A stretch of DNA of 64,000 nt from Gemmatimonadota bacterium (GTDB taxonomy: Bacteria > Gemmatimonadota > Gemmatimonadetes > Palauibacterales > Palauibacteraceae), in contig OY762926.1 in the NCBI GenBank assembly GCA_963666735.1, forward strand, positions 3,584,001-3,648,000, read 5' to 3'. The position numbers were made by a program, and so were the translations under genes. The notes beneath the pieces were generated by a model, which was not told the origin of the DNA, ran no database searches, and saw only the letters and a list, made by a program, of their open reading frames with translations. This document shows, piece by piece, positions 49,457 to 58,905 of this stretch (positions are counted from its first letter, which is position 1; each line of letters starts with the position of its first letter).

Positions 49457-52400
49457 TCAGAACAGGGATCCCTGTTCTCGTGCCGTTGAAGTCTCCGTAG
49501 GGCCCCCGCCGCGCAGGTGGTTCTGCACCGATTCCAGCAGGGCCCGCTCCTCGGGGCCTCCCTCTGCTAGTTCGATAATGGCCTGCACAACGCTGGCAAA
49601 CAGTTCGTGCTTCCACAGCCCGCGGTCGCTGAGGTAGCTGTTGACGCGGGCTTGCTCCCCAGTTTTCCAGAGTTGCATGACCTTGTGCACACAGTCGATG
49701 AGCGCCGGGGGCGCGCCATCCGGCGTCGGGTGACCCAGCCGGGAGCCGCGCCGTTGGTTCCACCCCTTGAGGCGGACCTCGCTGCCCGATGTCTGCGGTG
49801 CCTCCTCGCCTTCCTCGTCGGACGCAGGAGCCGAGGCCCTCCCACCGCGGACGAGTAGGTTGTGCCTGCTCGCCAGATCGGCATCGGACAGATTGCACGA
49901 GAGCGCGTACAGGATGCACGCGCCGGCGGGGGCTACCTCCAGACCGAAATCGTTCCGGTGCAGCAGGTAGTAGGTCGTGACGTCGTCCAGCTCCGTCGCC
50001 GAACCGTTCCGCTGGGAAAGCAGCTGGCCTACGACGAAACCGACCACCATGCGTCGAACGTGTCGCAGGAAGTCCGCCACGGTCAGAACGTCACCCGGTC
50101 GGTCGGCTCGCTTGACGACGGGATGTCGGCTGAACGCCTCCAAAGCCGGCCCCGTGGCCGACCATACGAAGTCGGGTCCGCGAATCCCCGCATCCCAGAA
50201 GTCGCGCAGCCGCTGAGTGATCTTCTCCCGCATTTCGGTCAGGACCGGGCCCTCCCAGCCTTGCGTGGCGGTCATCGGCCGCTTGCGGCACACAAGCCAA
50301 ATCGATGACGCAAGCGCGGCGGAGGACAGCGCGCGCTGCCGAGTCTGCATTTCGGTCTGGATCGGCCACGAACCCGTCACCACGAACCCTGCCCGGATCA
50401 ACGCCGACACAAGCGTTTCCCACGCATCGGGGCTCTTGTTCGCAAACACGATGACCAGCCGGCCATCGTCGCCAAGAGCCTCGTGGAAGCCACGGAATGC
50501 CCGCGCCATCCCGTCTTCGTAGTTGTTCTTGGAAGCTTCCCGATCTCCCTCGAACCGGCTCGCGTCGTCGATAAGCTCGCCGTCGGAAGCGCCGGACTCC
50601 CACTTTGGACCCAAGGGGTCCGCGAAGGCCGCATCCGTCGCGGATGAGAAACCGTGCAGCACACGACGAAGCCAGACTTGAAAGAAGTCCGTCAAGTCCG
50701 AATACGGGATCGCATCATAGTACGGCGGGTCGGTGCAGATGACGTCGAGCCCGTTCGGCTGGGCGGCGATTGCGCTCCGGGTCTCAACTTCCACGGAGGG
50801 TGCATGCGACCCGGCGGGCAGGGCATGATCGGTCCAGCGTGCGACCCAATCAAGCATGCCCTTGAACCCGCCGGTTGTGGCCGACAGCGGATTCACTTCG
50901 CAATAATCCCACACCATCGGGAGCGCGAACCGTGCGAATGTTTGGCGGAGCTTTTCGCCACTATTGTGCCACGAGCAGATCGCGCTGCTGTAGTCGGTCA
51001 GCTTGCTGAACGCGCACGCCAGATATGCCGTAAACGCCTCCCGCCACTCGACCGGGTAGCCATCCATCTCGGTCGCAACGGCGCGGATCTCGCGCCCGAA
51101 CGTTCCCAGGGCAAGCAGCTGGCGGCGCGTGAACAGTTTGTCCCAAGAGTCGAAGCCATAGCGCGCCACCCGCATGCCGAGGGCCTCCTCGTGCGCAGTC
51201 GGTTCGTTGGGCATGCCGAAAGGGAAGTCCGAGTACAGCGCCTCAAGCTCGCTCTTGCCAATACTCGCGGCTTCGATGTCTTGCTCGGTCGGATGTCGGT
51301 ACTCCTTACCGGTCTGTCCATCCACCACCACGGCCGTCATCCGGGCGCCAAGCCGTCCCGACCGGCCTTGAGCGCGCAACTCGGCCATCCTGGTCACGGC
51401 CGCGCAGTTCGGGCACTCGACCCCGCTCGCGCTCATGGTGCCCGCGCCGAGCACCTGGTCGTGCTGCCGCTGCTGAGCGACCGATCCCGATCCCTTCGGC
51501 ACGTCCGTCGCCACGGCGAACTCGACCCCGCGTCCATCGGCTCGCTTCGTCAGCGTCAAGAGAACCCGCTTCACTGGGGCCGTCTTCTTGCACAGCCAGC
51601 GCGTCTTGAGGAGCGGGATCTCGGCTCGGCAGCCGCCGCACTCGGTCGTGCGCGCCCACAGATAGGCTACGACCGGCTTGGCCACCCAGCGCGGGTTAGC
51701 TTCGTCTTTCAAGTAGGCCTCGTCAAAACCGGCGTTCAGCGCATCGACCGATACACGCCCGTCCGAAGCCGGATCGAGTAGACGGGGCTCTCGCCGCTTG
51801 TATGGCTTGGGTTCCGCCCGCGACGCCCGTGCTCGGCCCCTGCGACGCACGGGCTCGAACTCGGCATAGGCCGGATATCGTGTGGCCAACTGCCGCCTGA
51901 CGCCTTCAAGTACGCGCAGGCTCCACGCCCGGACGTGCCAGGCAAAGTCGGCCTTGGCGTTGGCGTCGTCTCGAAGCAGCGAGGAGGAAAGCTGTACGTC
52001 GCCGCCATCGCGGTGTCCCAGCTCGGCGAGTGCGTTTCGGATCTGGACCTTCGTGCGCGCGCCGCGGGATTTGACGAGCGCGGTGGCGAAGTGCCGGTCG
52101 CGCAGCGCAAACTCGGGCAGCGCCCTCTCCTCCCGTCCCACAAGTTTCGGGTAGTGAAGCGTACAGCGAAGGATGAACCACGCGACCGGATTCAGGTCGG
52201 AAGCGAACGTCTTGCACCCCAGCCGCATCGCCTCCAGCGGAATCGCGCCCCCACCCGCGAAGGGATCCAGCACCCTCGGCGCTCGCCCACCGAACGCCTC
52301 TCGTATCTCCTCCCGCAGACGGTCCAACTCGGGGTCGGTTTCCCGCCCCCAGTGCAGCACCCCACCCGCCGTCTCCTTGAGCTTGGGATCCTCTGCGCCG

Positions 52401-52639
52401 CCTTTGAGCTTCTTGGGCACCAGCCGTCCTGCGATACGCCGCCCCAGTTCGCGCCGACCCTCGTCTTCACCGGGATCGGGCAACAGCGTGGCCAGCAGCA
52501 TCGCCCGGCTCGCCGCCAGCGGCCTCCGCGCCGGCCAGATGTGAAGCGTGGAGATGTGACCGTGCCGCACATTCTTCTCGTGCACCGAATCCAGCGAAAT
52601 CTGCCGTAGCGGCAGCGTCGTCTCGGCTAGGCGTCTCAT
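49457..52639 (-). CDS. DUF1156 adenine-specific DNA methyltransferase (HmaB-like)
   Basis: LHIWPARRPL, DPFAGGGAIP, zinc ribbon, TDPPYYD. Confidence 0.9.
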   Translation of the reverse strand: MRRLAETTLPLRQISLDSVHEKNVRHGHISTLHIWPARRPLAASRAMLLATLLPDPGEDEGRRELGRRIAGRLVPKKLKGGAEDPKLKETAGGVLHWGRETDPELDRLREEIREAFGGRAPRVLDPFAGGGAIPLEAMRLGCKTFASDLNPVAWFILRCTLHYPKLVGREERALPEFALRDRHFATALVKSRGARTKVQIRNALAELGHRDGGDVQLSSSLLRDDANAKADFAWHVRAWSLRVLEGVRRQLATRYPAYAEFEPVRRRGRARASRAEPKPYKRREPRLLDPASDGRVSVDALNAGFDEAYLKDEANPRWVAKPVVAYLWARTTECGGCRAEIPLLKTRWLCKKTAPVKRVLLTLTKRADGRGVEFAVATDVPKGSGSVAQQRQHDQVLGAGTMSASGVECPNCAAVTRMAELRAQGRSGRLGARMTAVVVDGQTGKEYRHPTEQDIEAASIGKSELEALYSDFPFGMPNEPTAHEEALGMRVARYGFDSWDKLFTRRQLLALGTFGREIRAVATEMDGYPVEWREAFTAYLACAFSKLTDYSSAICSWHNSGEKLRQTFARFALPMVWDYCEVNPLSATTGGFKGMLDWVARWTDHALPAGSHAPSVEVETRSAIAAQPNGLDVICTDPPYYDAIPYSDLTDFFQVWLRRVLHGFSSATDAAFADPLGPKWESGASDGELIDDASRFEGDREASKNNYEDGMARAFRGFHEALGDDGRLVIVFANKSPDAWETLVSALIRAGFVVTGSWPIQTEMQTRQRALSSAALASSIWLVCRKRPMTATQGWEGPVLTEMREKITQRLRDFWDAGIRGPDFVWSATGPALEAFSRHPVVKRADRPGDVLTVADFLRHVRRMVVGFVVGQLLSQRNGSATELDDVTTYYLLHRNDFGLEVAPAGACILYALSCNLSDADLASRHNLLVRGGRASAPASDEEGEEAPQTSGSEVRLKGWNQRRGSRLGHPTPDGAPPALIDCVHKVMQLWKTGEQARVNSYLSDRGLWKHELFASVVQAIIELAEGGPEERALLESVQNHLRGGGPTETSTAREQGSLF

Positions 52640-53799
52640 CACGAGGCCTTTTGGTAGGTTGATTCGGCGTCGCTGGTCCAGCCTCGAACGGTATCCGCCG
52701 CCTCCTGCGGAGCGGCGACGATGTCTATCTCCTCTACAACTTTTTCTCCGTGACCGTACCCGCTCGCCACCCCTCGCCGCTCCACCCGCGTCCGCCGGCT
52801 CAGGATGCGCTTCGTTGGCCACGCCTCACGGATCGCTTGCTCGCACGTTTCGGCCGTACGCTCCTTCGCTCCGCAGCGGACCAGAACGACTCCGTCCTCT
52901 CGCAGATGCCTCTTGGCCCTTTGGAACACCGTTGTCATGAGCGAACGGTATTCCCGCAGGTTCGTGTGTTTCTGCGTGCGCCGCCAATTCTTCCGCAGCG
53001 GTTCGCCCAGAATCCAAAGACGTATCCAATGGTCGTTCCAATAATCCGTCACGTCATGGTACGGAGGCGAGGTGATCAACAGCTTCGCGCGACATGGCCC
53101 GAGCTGCGCGAGTTTGCGGCGTGCATCACCGAGGAACGGTTTGGACGGCGCCATCGCGGGGAGGCCGAAAGCGTATCTTCGTGCAATTCGATCCGTCAGG
53201 AACGCGACCGGGTCGGTCGCGGGCGGCGTCATTAGCCCTCGCGCGGTCCACCAGCGCACGGCATAGGACGCCGAGTGCGCGACGGTCGGCGAGAAACGGT
53301 TCGACAGCCCCTTCGGATAACTGTCCTGCATGTGCAGGGCCACGAACGCCATCAGCGTCCGGTCCACGCGGGAGCTTCGCCAGTCGAGCTCACGCCGGGC
53401 GGCCTTGAGGAATCCTCGGACGTCAGGTGCCCAAGCCATGGTCTCAAAACGGCTTCGGGATCGGCGGTCGACCGGGCGGACAGCTCTTCCGATCGCCCGG
53501 ACACGCGCCAATACGCGCTTGGGCTGCTGAGCCGGCAACAACTTCGCCGCCGTGAAGAGCCACGCCACCGGCTGAATATCCACCGCGACTGCGGGCCTGC
53601 CGAGGGCCGCCGCCACGAAGGGGGCGTTCCCGCGGCCCGAAAACGGGTCCAGAACCATGTCTCCTGGCGCGGTGAAGGTCGTGACCGCCCGGGTCACGAA
53701 GGGTGCCGGGAACATCGCATAGTATCTGCCCAAGCCGTACCAACGGTGCTCCGCCGTGTTCGCAGGCCATGGAAGGCGGGAGATGCCGTAGGTCTTCAT
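52639..53799 (-). CDS. Amino-DNA methyltransferase (SPPY, likely N4-cytosine)
   Basis: YYAMFP, DPFSGRG motif I precedes ITSPPY motif IV. Confidence 0.8.
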   Translation of the reverse strand: MKTYGISRLPWPANTAEHRWYGLGRYYAMFPAPFVTRAVTTFTAPGDMVLDPFSGRGNAPFVAAALGRPAVAVDIQPVAWLFTAAKLLPAQQPKRVLARVRAIGRAVRPVDRRSRSRFETMAWAPDVRGFLKAARRELDWRSSRVDRTLMAFVALHMQDSYPKGLSNRFSPTVAHSASYAVRWWTARGLMTPPATDPVAFLTDRIARRYAFGLPAMAPSKPFLGDARRKLAQLGPCRAKLLITSPPYHDVTDYWNDHWIRLWILGEPLRKNWRRTQKHTNLREYRSLMTTVFQRAKRHLREDGVVLVRCGAKERTAETCEQAIREAWPTKRILSRRTRVERRGVASGYGHGEKVVEEIDIVAAPQEAADTVRGWTSDAESTYQKAS

Positions 53800-55094
53800 G
53801 ATATGCCGGCAAGGCTCTCGATGATGGCCGCGCCGGCCGCGAACGGAATCGCCGCCTTGGCGTGCGCGCGCCGAAGCGGGAGGAATTCGTGGCGGCCCAC
53901 GCCCAGCCGCGCGGCCGTGGCAATCGCTTCATCGCAAACCCTGGGTCTCGCCGCGTTGGTCAGCGGTCGGTCCGCCTCGGGTTGTGCCAGATTGAGTAGA
54001 AGCCTCTGTCCCTCGCTCGTCTTTACGACCAGCGGGCGACCGAAATACGTGATCTCACCCCAGGGTTGATCCGTGTCTCGAGCGATGATGTTCTCCCGGA
54101 TGTAGTCGTCGTCGGGAAGCCACGCGGTTCCCAAGGGAATGCGAGAGTCCGGCGCCGGAGCCTCGTCAAGCTCGGAGAAGTGCTGAACGAAGGCTCCCGT
54201 CTTGATGGCGGACATGACCAGGAGCCTCCCCGGCGACAGTCGCTCATCGATCCGCCGCAGTTCTCGAAGTACCCCCGGCTGGAGTGCCGCGATCGTGCTG
54301 AAAGCCGCCAGCGGCCCGTCGAGGACAAACGCGATCCGACGCAGCGCCCGTCGCCCGTTCTCGATCTTCACCAGTTCCCGCAGCAGGTTCATCAACGTCA
54401 GGATCTCAAGTGCTTCGCGAACTCGGCCGTGAGCGTCACCGCACGGCTGCTCATCGCTGAAGATTTCATGCGCTCGGAGCGCGTCCGACAACAACACGCT
54501 GGCACCGCATTCTTCGCAGTTGGATTCCATCGCCCCCTCGGGCGGAGTCAGGGGGCGTGAATGGCACCGCCGGTTGGGACACCGAATCGGTCGGGGATCT
54601 TCGAGCAGAGCATGAAGCGTGGCGGCCAGATTCTCTCCGCCGTAGTGCCCCTCTTCCAACGTCGTTTGCACTTCCTGTCGAAACCAATCCCGAGACGATT
54701 CTCCGTCCACCGACCTCGCGTTGCGTCCGGGGAGGGCCAACTGCAGCGTGCTGGCTTGCTCTGTTTCCCGGAGCTGCACGGGATCCGTTGCACCACTCGC
54801 AGGCAGTCGAGGCAAGGACTCCAAGCGCTCGACATCAATCCGGACAACCGCGATCGAAATCAGCCCGGCTTCGGTGCACGGAAGCCGCGCCGGAATCCGG
54901 TGGTAGATGCTCGAGCCGTCGAGAGCGACGACGATTGGGCGCGGCTCTCCATCCCGAAATGACGCGAACGGCGGTAGTGGCTTTGGCGGGACGTTCACAC
55001 CGCGCTGGAGCCGAGCGCCGAACGCGTCGATGATGCGCCGTCGTTCGAGGTCCTCCAACGCCGAGAATCCGGCGCGCTCATTCGGGTAGGGCAT
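53796..55094 (-). CDS. NurA-like nuclease with zinc ribbon
   Basis: VALDGS and VLDGPL acidic motifs, CPNRRC..CEEC, C-terminal RAHAKA; follows HerA. Confidence 0.78.
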   Translation of the reverse strand: MPYPNERAGFSALEDLERRRIIDAFGARLQRGVNVPPKPLPPFASFRDGEPRPIVVALDGSSIYHRIPARLPCTEAGLISIAVVRIDVERLESLPRLPASGATDPVQLRETEQASTLQLALPGRNARSVDGESSRDWFRQEVQTTLEEGHYGGENLAATLHALLEDPRPIRCPNRRCHSRPLTPPEGAMESNCEECGASVLLSDALRAHEIFSDEQPCGDAHGRVREALEILTLMNLLRELVKIENGRRALRRIAFVLDGPLAAFSTIAALQPGVLRELRRIDERLSPGRLLVMSAIKTGAFVQHFSELDEAPAPDSRIPLGTAWLPDDDYIRENIIARDTDQPWGEITYFGRPLVVKTSEGQRLLLNLAQPEADRPLTNAARPRVCDEAIATAARLGVGRHEFLPLRRAHAKAAIPFAAGAAIIESLAGIS

Positions 55095-55099
55095 TCGCG

Positions 55100-57232
55100 C
55101 TACTCCGCCTCGGTTGTGTCGGGTGGATCCGGCAAGCGAAACCGATCAAGCTGGACCGGCACCGTGTATCCGGCAGAGAGCGTTCGCAGCCTGATGAAGC
55201 CGGGTTGGGAGACTTGCCGAATCTGCGGCACGAAATCGGCAAAATCCTGATAGCCCTCGACGACCCTGGCTTCACCGTCGGAATTGAGATGGGAGATGAA
55301 CCAGTTGTCGGTCTCGCTCAGAATCTCGGGCAGCACGGAACTCGGCGCCTGCGTGGCCAAGACCATCCCGAGGTTCATCTTTCCTCCCTCCTTGGCGGCC
55401 CGCGCCCACACCGTGGAAAGCACGTCCTTGCCGCCGGTACGCGGTAGCAGGTTGTGCGCCTCCTCGACGTACACGAGGACGTGACCCTCCCACGGCTCGG
55501 CGTTCGCGTGCGATGTGAACATCGCCTGCTGCTCCCTGAACACCTTCCACATGATCCGCTCCGCCGCCCGCCGGTTGAGTTCGGGGCTTCCGATCGACTG
55601 ATCGAAGATCACGAGTTTCCCGGCCTTGAGGTCCTTCACGATGTCCTCCGCGAAATCCGAGCCCGCTTCCACCGAATGCTGATCTCGCAGGCGTTGCAGC
55701 TTTCGAACTCCGTTCGGTGTGCGGAAGATGCTCAGAACGGACTTGAGCCGCGCATCCGCCCAGTCCTCTCCGCTCCCGCTCGGACGCTGTCGGTACTGCC
55801 GCTCAAAGGCTTCGTAGGCATCGTCGCCTCGATTGATGAAGGAATCGAGCGATTGGAATGCGCTGGCGAGACTGGACCATGAGGCGCTATCCCTCGCAAG
55901 TGTGTCGGCGGCTTGCTCGAACCTGCCCCCTGCGGAGCGAAGCGCGGCGCAAAAATCTCGACTGAACAGTCGCCTAAGATCTGCGGTCGGCCTGGGAGTG
56001 CTAAACCCGGCGGCCGCCAGCGCGACGCGGTGCACCAGCACGGAGCGATGATAGCGGACGGCGGGGCCGCGGTCGGCGTAGTTCGGCGGGACGGACAGGT
56101 CGGCGTCGCGGTAATTCCGCACATACTGCGCATCCTCAGACCCCAACTCCTCCTCGATGATGGTTCTGCCGACGAGGAGCTGCTCCAGCGCTGTCTCTGT
56201 TGCCTCCCGGTTGGGCGGGTCGTTGGGCGGAATTGGGTTGCCGAAGAAGTTGACCTTCGTGATGCGGCGCTCGGTGTCGGTTTCGGGAACGTACATGCCG
56301 TACGTCTCGATCTCGCCGCTCCGCTCGCGACCGAGAAGGTCGTGGATGCGGTGCAGTCCCCGTCCGTCCTGCGGATTGTCTTGCGCGTACTCGCCGTTCG
56401 GATCGAAAACGAGCTGGCCAACACGGAGCTTTTCGTGCTTTCCGCGCAGCATGTAAACGGCCTGCGCAGTGATCTTCATGGCGTTCGACTTCCCCGACCG
56501 GGACATCCCGAGGAACACCGTACGACGCTTGAGGAGGTCGGTCGGGTCGATCCGCACCAGCACTTGAGCCGATCGCTCGGCGGCCGAGTCGAGAGCGGAG
56601 GAAAAGCGTGTAAGGGCTATGCGTATCCGACGGTCCGAGTGGAGCGACGAATCAAGCTCCGAGAAGTCGAGGTTGTTGCTTCGATGCGAGAGGTTGACGA
56701 TGCGCTCCAGCAGCTCTCCCTCGGGCTTCCAAGCATACGCGCCATGAGCGGAATAGTAGTTGGAGATGTCCTCCGCGAACTGCAGTTCTTCGGCTGCGCG
56801 AATCGTGAGCGTACCGAGAACCCGAGCTTCGATACCTCCGAGCGCTATCTCATCGGCGATCCATTTTGTGAGGCTCTCCGTCCAAAGCTCACGCCCGATC
56901 GAGTCGCGGGCGGCGGTCAACCGAGCCTCCTGAGTCGTCGGGTGGTTGGCGAGCCGCTTCGCTCCAACGACCCGCATCAAGACCATCGCGGCATCATCTT
57001 TCGCGGAAGTCTTGCCCGCGATCAGGAACATCCCGCGCGCGAGGCCTCCGGCACGCTCCTTGTGGTAGTCGTGGACAGCCAAGGTCGCCGTGTTGTAGTC
57101 CAACAACAGCACCTGACCGACGGCTGCGCCGGGCGTGAGGTCTTGGAGCAGTCGGATGTCCCCGTGTTCGGCGGCGAGCTCCCCGACCACATCCTCCCCC
57201 GGCGCCGGTCCGCCTGATTCGTTATCGGGCAT
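55100..57232 (-). CDS. HerA/FtsK-family ATPase (DUF87)
   Basis: GMSRSGKSN, FDPNGEY, VYVEEAHNLLP, AKEGGK, LATQAPS. Confidence 0.88.
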   Translation of the reverse strand: MPDNESGGPAPGEDVVGELAAEHGDIRLLQDLTPGAAVGQVLLLDYNTATLAVHDYHKERAGGLARGMFLIAGKTSAKDDAAMVLMRVVGAKRLANHPTTQEARLTAARDSIGRELWTESLTKWIADEIALGGIEARVLGTLTIRAAEELQFAEDISNYYSAHGAYAWKPEGELLERIVNLSHRSNNLDFSELDSSLHSDRRIRIALTRFSSALDSAAERSAQVLVRIDPTDLLKRRTVFLGMSRSGKSNAMKITAQAVYMLRGKHEKLRVGQLVFDPNGEYAQDNPQDGRGLHRIHDLLGRERSGEIETYGMYVPETDTERRITKVNFFGNPIPPNDPPNREATETALEQLLVGRTIIEEELGSEDAQYVRNYRDADLSVPPNYADRGPAVRYHRSVLVHRVALAAAGFSTPRPTADLRRLFSRDFCAALRSAGGRFEQAADTLARDSASWSSLASAFQSLDSFINRGDDAYEAFERQYRQRPSGSGEDWADARLKSVLSIFRTPNGVRKLQRLRDQHSVEAGSDFAEDIVKDLKAGKLVIFDQSIGSPELNRRAAERIMWKVFREQQAMFTSHANAEPWEGHVLVYVEEAHNLLPRTGGKDVLSTVWARAAKEGGKMNLGMVLATQAPSSVLPEILSETDNWFISHLNSDGEARVVEGYQDFADFVPQIRQVSQPGFIRLRTLSAGYTVPVQLDRFRLPDPPDTTEAE

Positions 57233-57346
57233 AAAAGCTTGTCCTCCCCGTCGTTGCTGGTGTTGTTGATATGCTCCCGGAAGGTGCCCCGCCCAAGCTT
57301 CCGAGCCGTTGGAGACTAATCGAGTTTCCGGGAACGCGTTCTTCAG

Positions 57347-58447
57347 TCACGCGGCGTGCGCCTCGATGTGTGAGCGGATCGTATCGCCGATGGCGGTCGC
57401 CAAGCCAACCGGAACGGCGTTGCCGACGTGGCGTCCGACGCGGGCGAACCGAACGGGGTCGCCGGGGGCGGTGAACTGGTAGCTCCGGGGGAAGCTCTGG
57501 AGCAGCGCCGCCTCACGAAGGGAGATCGCGCGGTCCTGAACGGGATGGCCGAAGCGCCCCCGCCCAAACGAGAAACACCCCGTCGTCAGGGTCGGAGCGG
57601 GTTTGTCCCACTCCATCCGGCCGTACACGTTCTTGTAGCTCGCGCCGCCGCGCCGACGATGGCACGGAGAAACGAGATCCGGGTCATCCCATTCGGACCA
57701 CGGCCTCCCGGGCTTGGCCGCGCGGATGCGCCGGAGGTTCAGCAGCGAAAGTCGAGACGCGCAGTGTAGTTGATCGTGGGGACACACCTCACCCGCGTCG
57801 AGCGCGGGCAGGTGACCTATGGCGTGCCGAACCGTGCGGCGTGGACCGGGGGACGGAGCGGGAACGGCGATGGGGCCGAGCCTCGAGGCCAGCACGACAA
57901 GTCGGCTGCGGTCCTGCGGTACGCCGTAGTCCGCAGCGTTGACGACCTTGTCAGCCGCTTGGTAGCCCGCCCGCCCGAGCCGCTCAAGGAAGCGGTCGAA
58001 TACCCTTCGCCCTTGGAACGACTTGAGTCGGGGGACGTTCTCCATCGAAACGATCTCGGGCTCGAGCGCTACGACCCGATCCATGAAGAGATCCACGAGC
58101 GACCACTTGTCGCGGGGCTGACCAGAGCCCGCGCTGTAGGGAGAAAACGGCGTACAAGGCGCGCAGCCCACGAGGATGCGCCGGCAGCCCTTGGGGAACA
58201 TCGCACCTATCTCTGCGACCGACACTTCCTCCAGCCGTCGGCCCACGAAGGCCGCATCGTTGTTCGCCTCGAACGCGTACCGGCACTTCTCGTCGGCGTC
58301 GACGCCCGCCACGACGTTGAACCCCGAGCGACGGAGCCCGTGGCTCAGTCCTCCGATCCCGCAAAAGAGATCGATCACCGCCCAGCCGGGGATACCTTCG
58401 ACGGTGGCACCTACCTCATCCGCCTCCGGCCGCTCCCGATCCGGCAT
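57347..58447 (-). CDS. DNA (cytosine-5) methyltransferase
   Basis: DLFCGIGG, GCAPCTPFS, MENVP, YGVPQDRSR, REAALLQSFP, GNAVP. Confidence 0.93.
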   Translation of the reverse strand: MPDRERPEADEVGATVEGIPGWAVIDLFCGIGGLSHGLRRSGFNVVAGVDADEKCRYAFEANNDAAFVGRRLEEVSVAEIGAMFPKGCRRILVGCAPCTPFSPYSAGSGQPRDKWSLVDLFMDRVVALEPEIVSMENVPRLKSFQGRRVFDRFLERLGRAGYQAADKVVNAADYGVPQDRSRLVVLASRLGPIAVPAPSPGPRRTVRHAIGHLPALDAGEVCPHDQLHCASRLSLLNLRRIRAAKPGRPWSEWDDPDLVSPCHRRRGGASYKNVYGRMEWDKPAPTLTTGCFSFGRGRFGHPVQDRAISLREAALLQSFPRSYQFTAPGDPVRFARVGRHVGNAVPVGLATAIGDTIRSHIEAHAA

Positions 58448-58695
58448 CAATCGGTCCGCTTTACGGGCGTGTCCGCGAGGTTCATGCTCGTGATCCTGTC
58501 TCCCACTCACTGCCATAGCTGGTCGATGTCCGCACAGACCTCCGCCAGTCGCCAACGCCAATCGTCGAAAAATGAAGCATCGTATCTTGCCCTATCATCT
58601 TCCGTCATGTGTTGTTCTCCATCCACGGTAGCGACTTTCCAGTGCCGAGAGATCCGGGCGACCCCCGTGTTGGTTACGTCCGTCCAATTCTCAAA

Positions 58696-58905
58696 CTAGG
58701 CCGGCGGGTGTGATCGCCGGACGGCGGCGGCGCGCTCCGGGGCGTGGTCACGGGCTCGGATCCGCACAGCCAAGACGTTCTCATCGGACGGCTCGCCATC
58801 CGGGATCCTTCCAGGGTTTGCCTCCACGGTGCTCCTCCAGGGAGTTGCGTGTGAGAGCGCCGCTTTTCCCGCACCGTTCGGGCCCACGATGATGATGATT
58901 CTCAT
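58696..58905 (-). pseudogene. Truncated P-loop ATPase/zeta-toxin-like remnant
   Basis: ATGA-coupled to helicase stop; MRIIIIVGPNGAGK followed by unrelated-looking sequence, 69 aa only. Confidence 0.5.

Noticed and set aside
52640..52822. N-terminal extension of the DUF1156 ORF
   Set aside because: Overlaps the upstream MTase; the coupled start at 52639/52642 is more plausible
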